This document shows positions 22,740 to 34,455 of a DNA stretch of 64,000 bases, one piece after another. The position numbers and the translations under genes are program-made. This stretch comes from Epithemia pelagica. Lineage: Eukaryota > Protista > Bacillariophyta. Below the pieces are notes generated by a model. That model searched no databases. It worked only from the letters and a program-made list of their open reading frames with translations, and was not told where the DNA came from. Within the stretch, counting starts at the first letter, position 1; each line of letters begins with the position of its first letter. The DNA lies in contig OX337232.1 of NCBI GenBank assembly GCA_946965045.2, positions 372,001 to 436,000 of the forward strand, given 5' to 3'.

Positions 22740-25414
22740 ATGGTGGGAATCGCAGGGATGAGCCATTACGAACCGCCACCACTCGTCGGCGACCGACCAG
22801 CAACCATGGACACACCACCACCATCACATGAGCGTTCCTCCCGGATGGAGTGTGACTGCGGTTCCAACTGTCATTCCTTCCATCACCCGTTGCATCATTC
22901 TTTGTACAACAACAACAACGACGACGACAACAAGGTTCGGGTTGTGGCGGAACCTAGTAGGGGCGAGGAATTCACGACTGCGGCTGCTGCCGCATGGGAC
23001 AGTCCAGACTATGTTCCGACCATGCGAAACAAGGCCACCATTACTCTTCCCTTCCAGTCTGCTCCATCCGAGGACCATGATGATCACAGGAAAGAAGACA
23101 ATCAAGAAGTGAACCCACTGTTGCTTTCGCGAAGCAAACATTCTACCGAGACCACCACGACTGTAAACGAAGGGCTCCAACCACTAGCATCCCACCACGA
23201 AAACGATCATGATGACAATCCTCCTGAGATGGACCATGATGAGGATGATAATGGTCCCGACTATGAAGCCATGGCACGACGAAATGGTATGCACTATACC
23301 TTGACACAAGTCCCACCGTCCTTGTGGATTACCTTTTTGTTGGGTGGTCAACAATTCTTGACCATGTTGGGCAGTACCGTCTTGATTCCACTCGTGATTG
23401 TCCCACCCATGGGGGGAACACCGGCGCAAACGGCGCACGTGCTGGGGACCCTCCTGGTCGTGTCGGGTGTGGCCACCTTGTTGCAAACCTGTCTGGGCAA
23501 TCGATTGCCCATTGTGCAAGGAGGGAGCTTTACCTATTTGCCAGCCACGCTTGGGATTATCCGACATCCCCAACTCCAAACCATTGTCGATCCTCAAGAA
23601 CGATTGGAACAGTGTATGCAAGTCGTGTCGGGAGCATTCTTGGTACGTGCAAATCGAATGGGTCTTCTCGAGCGACAAGAGTCCATATAATGCTCGAGGG
23701 CCATGACGACAGGGACGAACCAGTGCTGACAATTTTTTGCTGTTGCTCATTGTTTTCTATTGGTTCTGTCACTCTGATTTGGTTCCTACGATTGTCTACG
23801 ATATCCATACGAATACAGGTGGTCGGTCTGGTCCAAATGACTCTGGGCTTTTCGGGTGTCATGATTCCCCTGTTGCGGTACATTTCTCCCGTGACGGTCG
23901 CCACGGGATTCTCGGCCGTGGGATTGGGATTGTACGCCTTGGGGTTTGCCAATGTGGCCTCTTGTTTTCCCATGGGGTTGACCATGATGGTCTTGACCAT
24001 TGGCTTGAGCAAAGGCACGAGTCGGGGTCGAACCAGCACTGGACGACAAGCACCATTGGAGATGACAACGACAAGTAGCAACAACAGTAGGCATGGTCAC
24101 CCCTCCCAACAAAAGAAGAAGCAAAAGAAGAGAAAAGCATCCAAATCGGTTCGGAGCAGCAGCATGTCACCTCAAGAGACGTTTCAAAGGGCACAGCCCT
24201 CCAAGCCAGGAACAAACCAAACCATGAAAGGTACCAATGCCATTTCCAATGACGATACCACGGCACATGCTGCTGCTTCTTCCACAAGGCCGTCAACAAT
24301 GGATTCCGTATGGAACATGATTGCCTTGGTTCCCATTTTGACCGCCATGGGATTGACGTGGTCCTTGAGTGGTCTCTTGACGGCCGCCTCGGTCTGGGAA
24401 CCCGGTCATGCCTGTCGCACCGATTCGGCCCGACAATTGTGGTCCGAAGCACCCCTCTTTCGCATTCCCTATCCAGGACAATGGAAGGGATTCCGGTTTG
24501 AATCCTATGGTACGTACGTATCGCGCAATCACGCGAATGGCAGTGACATGCGACAACTCTCTGACTTTTGCTCTTCTTTTTGTGAATGCCTTCCTCTCGA
24601 TTGTTTGTCCTGGATAGCCATTGTGCCCATGTTGGGCGGTATGATCGCCAGCATGATTGAATCCGTGGGAGATTATTATTCCTGTGCCAAACTCTCGGGT
24701 GCGCCGCCACCTCCACCTCCCATTATTTGTCGAGGATTGGCCATGGAAGGCATGGGTGCCATTGTGGCTGGATTGCTGGGAAGTGGATCCGGGACCACCT
24801 CGTAAAGTGAAAATGTGGGCGCCATTGCCTTGACACGGGTGGGATCGCGTGTCGTGGTTCAAATGGCGGCGGCGACCATGATTGTCTTGGGTCTGTGGGG
24901 CAAGGTGACGGCCCTCTTGGCCGCCTTGCCGACTGGGATTGTCGGAGGCATGTACTGTGTCGTGTTTGCCGTCATTTTGGCGACGGGGCTGTCCAATCTC
25001 CAATACGTGTCCCTCACGGATGCCGCACCCATTCAAGGGAACAATGCGCCTCGAAACCTATTTATTATTGGATTTGCCCTCTTCAATGCCTTGTCCATTG
25101 CGGGACCCGGAGGGTACTTTTCCCATGAGTTGCTTCCCCCTGAAACCGAACTGACCATGGGGGAGGAACCAGTCTTGTCCAACCACAATCCCTTTGGTGA
25201 CAGCCATGGTGGTCGAATTGCCTATTCGATTTGTAGCAGTCCCATGATTATGGCCCTCTTGATTGCCCTTGTCTTGGACAATCTCATTCCAGGAACACGG
25301 CAGGAACGAGGCTTGGACTCCTGGAACCAAGTGGATTCGCAGCATTCCTCCAATCTACTACTGCGACGACAATACCAACAAGCCTATGGCTTGCCACGGG
25401 CGTACTGGGTTTGA
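22740..25414 (+). pseudogene. Nucleobase-ascorbate transporter (NAT/NCS2) with an in-frame TAA at 24803-24805 (exons 22740-23642, 23819-24509, 24618-25414)
   Basis: QQFLTMLGSTVLIP, RLPIVQGGSF, FRIPYPGQW, IESVGDY, signature GTTS*SENVGAIALTRVGSR, GLSNLQYV, RNLFIIGF; two GT-AG introns restore the frame. Confidence 0.85.
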
Positions 25415-26231
25415 TGGGACGTTCGGTGGGTGTGGTGGGTGTCGGCAGTAGTGTACCCGGGGTCTCGTCGTCGTCGTCGGCGGCCTTGTCGTCGTCGGCC
25501 TTGTCATCATCGAGTGCCACGACTCGAGAAGAGGATTGTCTGGAATCTCCTTCCACGTTGTTACCGTCCCACAAACACGGATGGTACGATCCGGAAGGTC
25601 AACCGGCATGACAGACGCACCACACTTGGAGCCCAACTGCAGGCAGTTTCCATGGAGAGATGCTTTGAGACGCGTCCTCTCTGGTTGGGAGGGTTTTTAT
25701 TCTCGTGGTGGTGGTCGCAATTTCCAGGAAATCTCCGACAGGAGCACGGGACTGACATTCCTCCACCCCAATTCTGGAAACGGAACACTGCGCTATCGAT
25801 TGGAAACGAGGCGATCCTTGCTAGCATAGAAGCATCAGTTTCAGAAATGTACATAGTATTCCTATAGACGGCTAAAAGATATATACAGTTGGGTTGTTTT
25901 CTGTCATGGATGATACGAAGTCGAGCAGACCAATCCAAGTTTAGATGGAAGCGTCATTTCATAGAAACTAAAACCGGGACAGTCTACGTATGTTTTAGAA
26001 CATTTCACCGATCCCTAGCTAGCTTCAATGGATAAATCGTCCTTGGGACGCAGGTGAATCGCTGATAAAGGGTCGCGCATTATTTCCTATGCCATCAAAA
26101 AAAGTCTGTCGTCATTTTGGTTGTCGTGTGCGTGGTTGGTGGTTGGACGCCATTGTGATACGTTTGTGAGCTCCAGACCAACCCCCTCTGAGATTCTCTG
26201 TACACCATTGCCGAAAGACCATTGATTCATT

Positions 26232-26235
<4 letters not shown>

Positions 26236-26285
<50 letters not shown>
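26236..26285. repeat. (AG)25 microsatellite just upstream of the eEF3-like ATG
   Basis: Pure AG dinucleotide run. Confidence 0.95.
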
Positions 26286-26288
<3 letters not shown>

Positions 26289-26304
26289 GAGAATCTGGAA
26301 CAAA

Positions 26305-29044
26305 ATGACCTTGTTGGATCCACCGCTTACGATTTTGCAATTGTTGCATCAATCCCTGGTCCCTGGAGACCCAAGCACCAAGGCAACCGCGACGACGACA
26401 GAGAATGATGACAAGACGAGTGGTGAGGACGAAGAAGTCTTGTCCTATGTGGCGTTTTTGGCGGCTGGATTGGCCGAAGCCAATGAATTTGATCCCTCTG
26501 TATGGAGCAATGTCTTGACACCCTACTTGCAACCCGACGATCCCACCCTGTCCACCAGCACCAGCAGCGCTCCGTCGGTCGATCCATCCACTATTGTGGA
26601 AACCTTTCGTCAAGCCACGGAACGTGCCTTTGTCAAGGTGGATGAGGATGAATCGGTGGGTGGTGACGACGAGGAAGGCGTCGAGGAAATTTGTAATATT
26701 CGCTTCAATTTGGCCTATGGAGGCAAAATTTTGTTGCATCAAACCAAATTGCGCTTGTTGCGGGGTCGTCGCTATGCCTTGGTGGGTCAGAACGGGGTCG
26801 GTAAAACCACACTCATGAATGCCATTAATACGGGCAAATTAGAAGGATGGCCGGCCGATGAATTAACGACCGCCTATGTCGATTCCGGTTCCAACGTCGA
26901 TCCCGATCATGAAGCCCAAATTGTCATTCAATACATTATGGATTCCTGTCCCCAACGTACCAAGGAAGAATGTGTGGCCAAAATGCAAGAATTGGACTTT
27001 ACCGATGAAATGTTGGAGGGGAACATTGGAGCCCTGTCGGGTGGGTGGCAAATGAAAATGAGATTGGTACGAGCCGTGTAAGTATACTATTGTATCTAGT
27101 GTCGGTTGTCGTTGAGGATCGGGCGATGCAAAGTGTGTCCCAATGGAGCTGTACCTGTTGGCGAAAATTAGTTCATGTCTTATGGGTGGGTCTGTTTTCA
27201 TTCACATTTTGTCTTGTGCATGTTCTGTCTTGTCACACAGTTTGATCAACCCGGATATTTATCTCATGGACGAACCGACCAATCACTTGAGTAAATCGGC
27301 GATTGAATGGATTACCAATTACTTGTTGACCTTGACGCATCAAACCGTGGTGATTGTCAGTCACGACACGACCTTTTTGGAAAATGTGTGTACCGATGTC
27401 ATTCATTACGAACAACGCGATGTCTGGGGCCCCTACCGTCGCTTGGTCCATTACAAGACCAAAATGTCGGAATTTGTCCAGCTGCAACCCCAAGCCAAGC
27501 ATTACTTTGAATTGGCCACGACCGATCAAGTCAAGTATGTGTTTCCCGAACCGGGACGACTGGAGGGAGTCAAGACTTCGACGCAAAAGTTTTTGGAAAT
27601 GGAACGAGTCAATTTCCGGTATCCCGGACGAGAACGCAATACCTTGACCAACATTCATTTGAAAATGACCCTGTCGTCTCGCGTCGTCGTGTACGTATAC
27701 TGGACCAATCGCCAGTGCCTCTTTTCGTCCTGCTTGATTTATGATCTCACACTTTCTGATCAATCCTTGCTCTCTTCTGTACCTCTTTTTACGTTTCGTC
27801 CTTGGGCAACGGACTCTACCACGTTCCAGATTGGGTGCCAATGGTGCAGGAAAGACCACCTTGATTAAAATGATTGTCGGAGAAACGATTCCGAGCAACT
27901 TGGGCGAATGCAAATTTCACATTCATCCCAATTTACGCATTGCCTATGTAGCCCAACATGCCTTTGCCCATGTGGAACATCACATGGAATCCAGTCCTGT
28001 CTCGTACATTCAATGGCGATTCAAGGATGGCTGGGATCGGGAAAAGTTGGAATCCGAAGCCTTTCGCATTACGCCCGAAGAACAGGCCATTATGGATGAT
28101 TTTGGTTTGGAAGATATTTGGAGTCGTCGTATGCGCGGCGGTAAATTGGAGTATGAAGTCAAGAAACGCAATGTGCCGGAAAAGGACAATAAGTATTACA
28201 GTCGCGATGAATTGTTGGCCATGGGCTTGGAGCATTTGATTAAACAAACGGATGAAAAGATTGCGTCTCGGGAAGCCGGATTGGATTTACGTCCCGTGAC
28301 CACGACGGAAATTCAAGGTCATTTGGATGGCTTTGGGTTGCCCCAAGAATTTGGAACCTATGGGAAAATTCGTGGTTTGTCGGGTGGACAAAAGGTCAAG
28401 TTGGTCTTGGCGGCAGCCTTTTGGACCGTACCGCATTTGGTCATTTTGGATGAACCCACCAACTATTTGGTACGTTACCGCAGGGTGTTGTTGCATATCT
28501 TTTGTGTGTGTGTGTGTGTCTGCATTGTGGTCCGAGTCCCATCTCATGGATCCTGTTTGTTTGGTTGGTTTCTCTGTATGAATCTTTTTGTGTGGCGTTT
28601 CTCTCTCGGTCATAGGATCGCGAAAACTTGGGAGCTTTGAGTAAGGCCTTGAACGAATGGGGTGGTGCCGTGTTGATGATTTCGCACAATGAAGAATTTT
28701 ATTCCAGTGTCTGCAAGGAGGAATGGCAATTGGTCAATGGTGAATTGTCCATTCAAGGCGTTTCGGACGAACGCGAAATGAAGGCTGTGGCGCGCAAAAA
28801 GAAACAAGCCAAGGAAGAGTCGGACGAACAAGTGTTGGAAAAGGCGGGTGGGAATACCAATACCGATGGCGATCGCTACAAGGATGCGACGGTGAATTTT
28901 TGGGGCCAAACCGTCTCCAAAAAGGAAGCCCGATCGTACGAAAAGGCCAAGAAAAAGGGCGATGTCGAAACCATGCGCAAAGTCTTGCAAATCCCCAAGG
29001 GCAAAATCATGCCTGGATACGAAGAGTTGGGGGATGGCAATTAA
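26305..29044 (+). CDS. eEF3/New1-like ABC-F ATPase, copy 2, complete (exons 26305-27077, 27241-27690, 27830-28469, 28616-29044), apparently without the HEAT domain
   Basis: Four-helix-bundle-like SYVAFLAAGL..W..VLTPYL, EEICNIRFNLAYGGKILL, GQNGVGKTT, LSGGWQMKM, DEPTNHL, second ABC cassette with chromodomain-like insert; GT-AG introns restore conserved motifs. Confidence 0.92.
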
Positions 29045-29442
29045 GAAATAGCTTGCGCACCGAGAGTCGTGTTGTCGAGACAGTGCGGCCATGGTGGACC
29101 CATGAGGTGTGTTGTTTGTGAAAGCGCCTGGACAGAGGAGAACAAGCAACTGATTTATACATTCTTGGTTCTCCCTAAAATGAATATAGGATGAGATAAA
29201 TGGTTATGTCTTTGGATTGGAATACGATCTAGACTTCTCTGGCGGAAGAAGTCCAACCTACTGGAGCATAGATTGGGTCATCACGACGCCTCTAGCTATT
29301 TATGCTACCCATAGTAGGATCACGACTTTGGGATGGGAGTCGCACGCGCGGTCGCTGTCACGCACCCACACACCGCGTCGTCGCCACCATTTCAAATTCT
29401 CAACCCAAATAACCGAAGAGAAACCCTCTGGACCAGCAAAAC

Positions 29443-32400
29443 ATGTCAGAGAATCCAGACGACCCAAATCAAGCATCTACAGCTGCGGCATTACAAGTCG
29501 ACGAGGCTGGAGGTGGCGGTCGAGGTGGACGAGGTGGACGAGGCGGCGGACGAGGTGGTGGTCGAGGAAGAGGACGAGGAGGAAGAGCAGGGGGGCGAGG
29601 AAGAGGAAGAGGAGGGCGAGGTGGTGGTCGTCGTCCTTCGAATAATACCAAAGAAGAAGGGCTGTCGGCTGGACAAAAACAAGAACATGCTTCTGAATCG
29701 GACACACCAGAAAGTTCCCCTGCTGATACGAATCCTCCAGCCACTAACAACAATAACAACAACGACAAACAAGCATCTCCCGGAGGACGAGGTGGACGGG
29801 GGAGAGGTGGTCGAGGATCGTTCCAACAACAACAACATCGCGGTGGTGGTCGTGGAAGAGGTGGAAGAGGACGAGGACGAACCGACTCTGCACACGAATC
29901 TGCCACTACGGAGGATTCAGCAGAGGAGGAGAAGAATCAAGAGCAACCAATGGATGCCAACAGCAACAACGACAACAACAAGGGCGAGCCAAGCGGTAAA
30001 ATGACCAGCGGACGAGGACGAGGCCAGGAACGACGGGGTCCAGGACGAGGCAGAGGACGAGGGAGAGGATCACAGAATAAGAATCGCCATACAGAACAGG
30101 ACAATGCTCCAGATACCGACGAACCAACAACCGAACCAGATGCAACTATTACCGAGACTCTGACAGAGCAACCAAAGGACACGCAAACCAAACAAGAAAG
30201 CAACAACAACAACAACAACAAGAACAGTCAATCCAACAATGCGAACAAGAACAAGAATCAGTCCAAGGGCAAGAAACATCAAAACAATGCAACTCGAGGA
30301 AAAAATGGACAACAAGAAAACGAACAAGACCCCAGAAATGCTACGATCCCTCCTCCGGAAAACACCAATAATAACAAGAATCTCCCAAAGGATAAGCAGC
30401 AGGACCGGTCCAACAACAACAATAAGAAGAATAACAACCAACGCAACCAAGATGGACCAAAGGGGAACAACAGCAAGAACAACAACAAAAATCAGAATAA
30501 CCGCAGTGACAAAGGTCCTAGTGCACCCTCGGTTCCCCCTTCTCAGTCGCAACAAACGAGTGATATCAATTACGGTCGAGGCCAGTCCATTACCATTTTG
30601 CATGTGGCGGAAAAGCCCAGTATTGCCCAATCCATTGCGGCAGGATTGTCTTCTGGTTCAACATCGCGCTCTCGCGGTGGCAAATCCCTGCCGGTGCACG
30701 ACGTGACGGGTCCCTCCTTTCCCAAAGCGCCTCACGCCGCCACCTGTCATCATCGCATTACCAGTGTCGCCGGTCATGTCTATGCCTTGGAATTTACTTC
30801 GGAATTCCAATCCTGGGATTCGGTCGACCCCGCCGAACTCTTTACGGCCCGAACCGTCCAAAAGGCCCAACAGGGCAGTGTCGTCAAGCATTTGCAAACC
30901 GAGGCCCGCAATGTCGATTTTATCGTCTTGTGGATGGACTGTGATCGCGAAGGGGAAAACATCAATTTTGAAGTCTTGAATATTTGTCAAAGTCTCATGA
31001 AAGCCAATACTAGCAACAAGAGTGAATTGTCCAATTACGACCGGGTCTATCGAGCCTACTTTTCCGCCATTACGCCGTCCGATATTCAAAAAGCCTACAA
31101 ATCCTTGGGCAAACCCGATCGCAATCAAGCCTTGTCGGTCGATGCCCGACAAGAATTGGATCTCAAGGTGGGTGTGGCCTTTTCTCGATTCCAAACGCGG
31201 TACTTTCAAGGTCGGTACGGCGATTTGGACAGTACCGTCCTGAGTTATGGCCCCTGTCAAACACCAACCCTTGGATTTTGCGTGCAACGACACATTGATA
31301 TTGAAACCTTCAAGCCGGAACCCTATTGGACCTTGGAATTGGCCATGATCAAACGAGGTCGATCCCTCAAGGCCACCTGGGATTATGGACGATCCTTTCA
31401 ACGGAATCGAGTCCAACAAATGGTCGATCAAGCCTTGAACAATGATGATGATGGCAGCACGCCCATGGCCAAGGTCACAAGTGTCGTGACCAAGGAAAAG
31501 AAACAAGGACGGCCCATTCCGCTCAACACGGTCGCCTTACTCAAGGCCTGTAGCAAGGCCTTGGGCATTGGTCCCCATGCCGCCATGCAAACGGCCGAAC
31601 GCTTGTATTTGAGTGGCTACTTGTCCTATCCTCGGACTGAATCGACCGCCTATCCGAAATCCTTTGATATCAAGGGCATGTTGCAACAACAAACGTCCGA
31701 TCATCGATGGGGCTCCCATGTTCGACAATTATTGTCGTCCGGAGACACGGTCAAGGCCCGCGGTGGAGTCGATATGGGCGATCATCCACCCATTACTCCC
31801 TGCAAGGCGGCTCGGGAACATGAATTGAGTGGAGACATGGCACGGATTTATGAATTTGTCGTTCGACATTGCATTGCCTCGGTCAGTCCCGATGCCGTTT
31901 GGAAATCCACCAAGGTCCAATTTGCGATTGAACGTTTGGGGGGACCCAAAGATGTCAAGGGAAGCTTTACCTTGCAAGGAAAAGAGTTGGTCTCGCCGGG
32001 ATTTTTGAGTATTCTCATGCATCGAGAATACAATGATGCGGCGGACGACGACGATGACGACGTGGGAGATGAGCAAGAAGGAACCATTCCAGAATTTGTC
32101 CAAGGGGAATGCATTCCCCTGTCAAATGCCGGCAATACAAAGGCGGGAACGAGTGATTCCAAAGTGACCATGACCGTTGCGACGGGCACCGGTATGGCGC
32201 GAGGAAGTCTCAACATTAAGGAACGCATGACGACAGCGCCCGGCTATTTGACCGAATCGGAATTGATTGGGAAAATGGAAAAACATGGGATTGGTACCGA
32301 TGCGAGTATTCCCACACACATTCAAAACATTCAGAATCGCAAGTACTGCACTTTGGAAAGTGGTCGTCGACTGGTACCGTCGAAATTGGGATTGGTGTTG

Positions 32401-33435
32401 GTGCAGGGATATCACATGATTGATAGTTCCTTGGTTTTGCCACAGGTCCGATCCGACATTGAAGATCAATGTGGTAAAATTGCCAAGGGTCTTGCGGGGA
32501 AAGACCAGATGGTGACACAGGCACTGAACATGTTTCGACAAAAGTTTGACAATTTTACGCAGAGTATTGATAAAATGGACGTTTTGTTTGGGGCCTCCTT
32601 CTCCAAGTTGGAAGATGTGGGCAAACCCTTTACCCGGTGCGGCCTCACTCGACGGTACTTGTCCTACATTCCGGGTCCACCGGTACGCTTGTACAACAAG
32701 TATACCGAAACCGTATATCCTCTGCCAGCCGGAGGCGAAGTCAAACAATGGTCTGGAAGACATTGTCCCGTCGAAGGATGCAACTTTGAATTGTGTCTAT
32801 ACTCTGTGGGTCAACCAGCACGAACCTTTCCCCTTTGTCCTCGGTGTTTCAATGATCCAGAATGGGCCTTGAAGAGTGCGACCGACAACGTACCGACCGA
32901 TCCAGAGGATAAGGAAGATGCCGCCATGGAACGTAAATTGGCTCGCATGTCCAACAAGTCCGTGGCGGGGCGGTCTCTAGTGTTAGAGTGTCCCCTTCCG
33001 GACGAACATCCCTTGATTGAAGAAAATACAGTCAGCCCGGATCCCGACAGTGACGGTGTCTTGATTTTGGATCCCCATTTGGGTCCCAAGTGGCGCCTGG
33101 TGGCTACGCGGACGCCCACAATTGTTCATTTACCGCAACAACAACTTTCCAAAGTCACAATCTTGGACAAGGTGGATGATGTCTTGGGTGTGCATTGGAT
33201 GAAGATTGAGTTTAAGGAGGGTGCCAAAGATGTTCCCACCTTACCCGAGGGAGGCAATTCCTATTCGTGTTGCTTTGCGACGGACGAAATTCTAAAACCC
33301 CTCGTTCGCATTCATCATGGAACAGAACGAACCAAGGCGGCGGGACGTGGTCGAGGAGGCCGGGGTGGTCGAGGAGGTCGCGGTGGACGTGGAGGCCGAG
33401 GAGGAGGACGGGGTGGAAGAGTTGGACGACGATAA
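29443..33435 (+). CDS. TOP3B: DNA topoisomerase III beta, copy 2
   Basis: 1330-aa ORF with the same motifs as copy 1; indels confined to the N-terminal low-complexity region. Confidence 0.95.
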   Translation: MSENPDDPNQASTAAALQVDEAGGGGRGGRGGRGGGRGGGRGRGRGGRAGGRGRGRGGRGGGRRPSNNTKEEGLSAGQKQEHASESDTPESSPADTNPPATNNNNNNDKQASPGGRGGRGRGGRGSFQQQQHRGGGRGRGGRGRGRTDSAHESATTEDSAEEEKNQEQPMDANSNNDNNKGEPSGKMTSGRGRGQERRGPGRGRGRGRGSQNKNRHTEQDNAPDTDEPTTEPDATITETLTEQPKDTQTKQESNNNNNNKNSQSNNANKNKNQSKGKKHQNNATRGKNGQQENEQDPRNATIPPPENTNNNKNLPKDKQQDRSNNNNKKNNNQRNQDGPKGNNSKNNNKNQNNRSDKGPSAPSVPPSQSQQTSDINYGRGQSITILHVAEKPSIAQSIAAGLSSGSTSRSRGGKSLPVHDVTGPSFPKAPHAATCHHRITSVAGHVYALEFTSEFQSWDSVDPAELFTARTVQKAQQGSVVKHLQTEARNVDFIVLWMDCDREGENINFEVLNICQSLMKANTSNKSELSNYDRVYRAYFSAITPSDIQKAYKSLGKPDRNQALSVDARQELDLKVGVAFSRFQTRYFQGRYGDLDSTVLSYGPCQTPTLGFCVQRHIDIETFKPEPYWTLELAMIKRGRSLKATWDYGRSFQRNRVQQMVDQALNNDDDGSTPMAKVTSVVTKEKKQGRPIPLNTVALLKACSKALGIGPHAAMQTAERLYLSGYLSYPRTESTAYPKSFDIKGMLQQQTSDHRWGSHVRQLLSSGDTVKARGGVDMGDHPPITPCKAAREHELSGDMARIYEFVVRHCIASVSPDAVWKSTKVQFAIERLGGPKDVKGSFTLQGKELVSPGFLSILMHREYNDAADDDDDDVGDEQEGTIPEFVQGECIPLSNAGNTKAGTSDSKVTMTVATGTGMARGSLNIKERMTTAPGYLTESELIGKMEKHGIGTDASIPTHIQNIQNRKYCTLESGRRLVPSKLGLVLVQGYHMIDSSLVLPQVRSDIEDQCGKIAKGLAGKDQMVTQALNMFRQKFDNFTQSIDKMDVLFGASFSKLEDVGKPFTRCGLTRRYLSYIPGPPVRLYNKYTETVYPLPAGGEVKQWSGRHCPVEGCNFELCLYSVGQPARTFPLCPRCFNDPEWALKSATDNVPTDPEDKEDAAMERKLARMSNKSVAGRSLVLECPLPDEHPLIEENTVSPDPDSDGVLILDPHLGPKWRLVATRTPTIVHLPQQQLSKVTILDKVDDVLGVHWMKIEFKEGAKDVPTLPEGGNSYSCCFATDEILKPLVRIHHGTERTKAAGRGRGGRGGRGGRGGRGGRGGGRGGRVGRR

Positions 33436-33856
33436 ACGATACCAAATTGTGGGGAACCCACTCCACAAAAGCTACCAGCAGTAACGACAGACGTGGACAC
33501 GGAACGCATGTCAATACGATACGGCGATTTGGCGGTTGTCCTGTAGAACACATCCTTGTCTTTTTTTTTGTCAGCATTGGGTTCCTACGAAACCCTTGAA
33601 TTTTTCGAACCATGACAGTCATTGACGGTAGGATGGAGTTTCCTTGTCATCGTAGAAACATGTGTCGGTGGGTTGTTCCGCTACTGTTCCAGGGGCGGGA
33701 CCCATTTCCCATCCATCCAGTCGGAGCCGTGTGTCGACAAAACGGGAGGAGTTCGTGCCACACAAAAAAGTTGTCCGTGCGCAATTCCAAAATCATGGTG
33801 AATGGCGAGTCGCCGCGCGTTCTGGATAGAGGGCAAGGATAGATTTTTCGATAGGC

Positions 33857-34112
33857 CCGCACCGTACCCATCAGGTCAAGAAGGGACCGACGGACGAACG
33901 CAGAAGAGAAGTTGACGTCATCACAGATACGAGTTCAAGGAATGAGTCATTGGTTGGTTGGGACTGTCGTGTAAAGTACACGTCAGCACAGAGTATGGCA
34001 TCCCAACCAACATGTGAATGAGGAAGTATGATCATAAGTTAATGGAAAGAGCTAACAGCGGCAGTGTCAAGGATCTGATCACCCATTGATCCTGTTGGCA
34101 GTTCTCTTTTCG
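33857..34112 (+). repeat. Split direct repeat A1 (256 bp)
   Basis: Identical by eye to 42053-42308 (ccgcaccgtacc...ctcttttcg). Confidence 0.95.
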
Positions 34113-34455
34113 TTTTCTTTTTTACTCCCTGACTGCCATTGCCAACCACTCTCTCGTTGTGTTTGTGTCGCTCCCTTCGGGTTTGCGCCGTTCGTGATGT
34201 TTGATTGGGCTGGGACGTCGGAATCCTCGCCCTCTGTGGGGTCGTCAGGTGAGTCCGTTTCTTGCAGGCGATGAGACCCAATGTGTTTTCATTCGAGGTT
34301 CTGGTGGTTCCGAAGGAGATGAGAACCCTACAATATTTGCAACTCCTACACTTCCGAGTTCGCTTATCCGAGAAGCGGAATGGTCTGAACTGGAAACAAG
34401 TCCGCGGAGTCTGGAAAGTTGGCAAGCCACCTTCTCTTCTTTGAAGGAATCGGCC

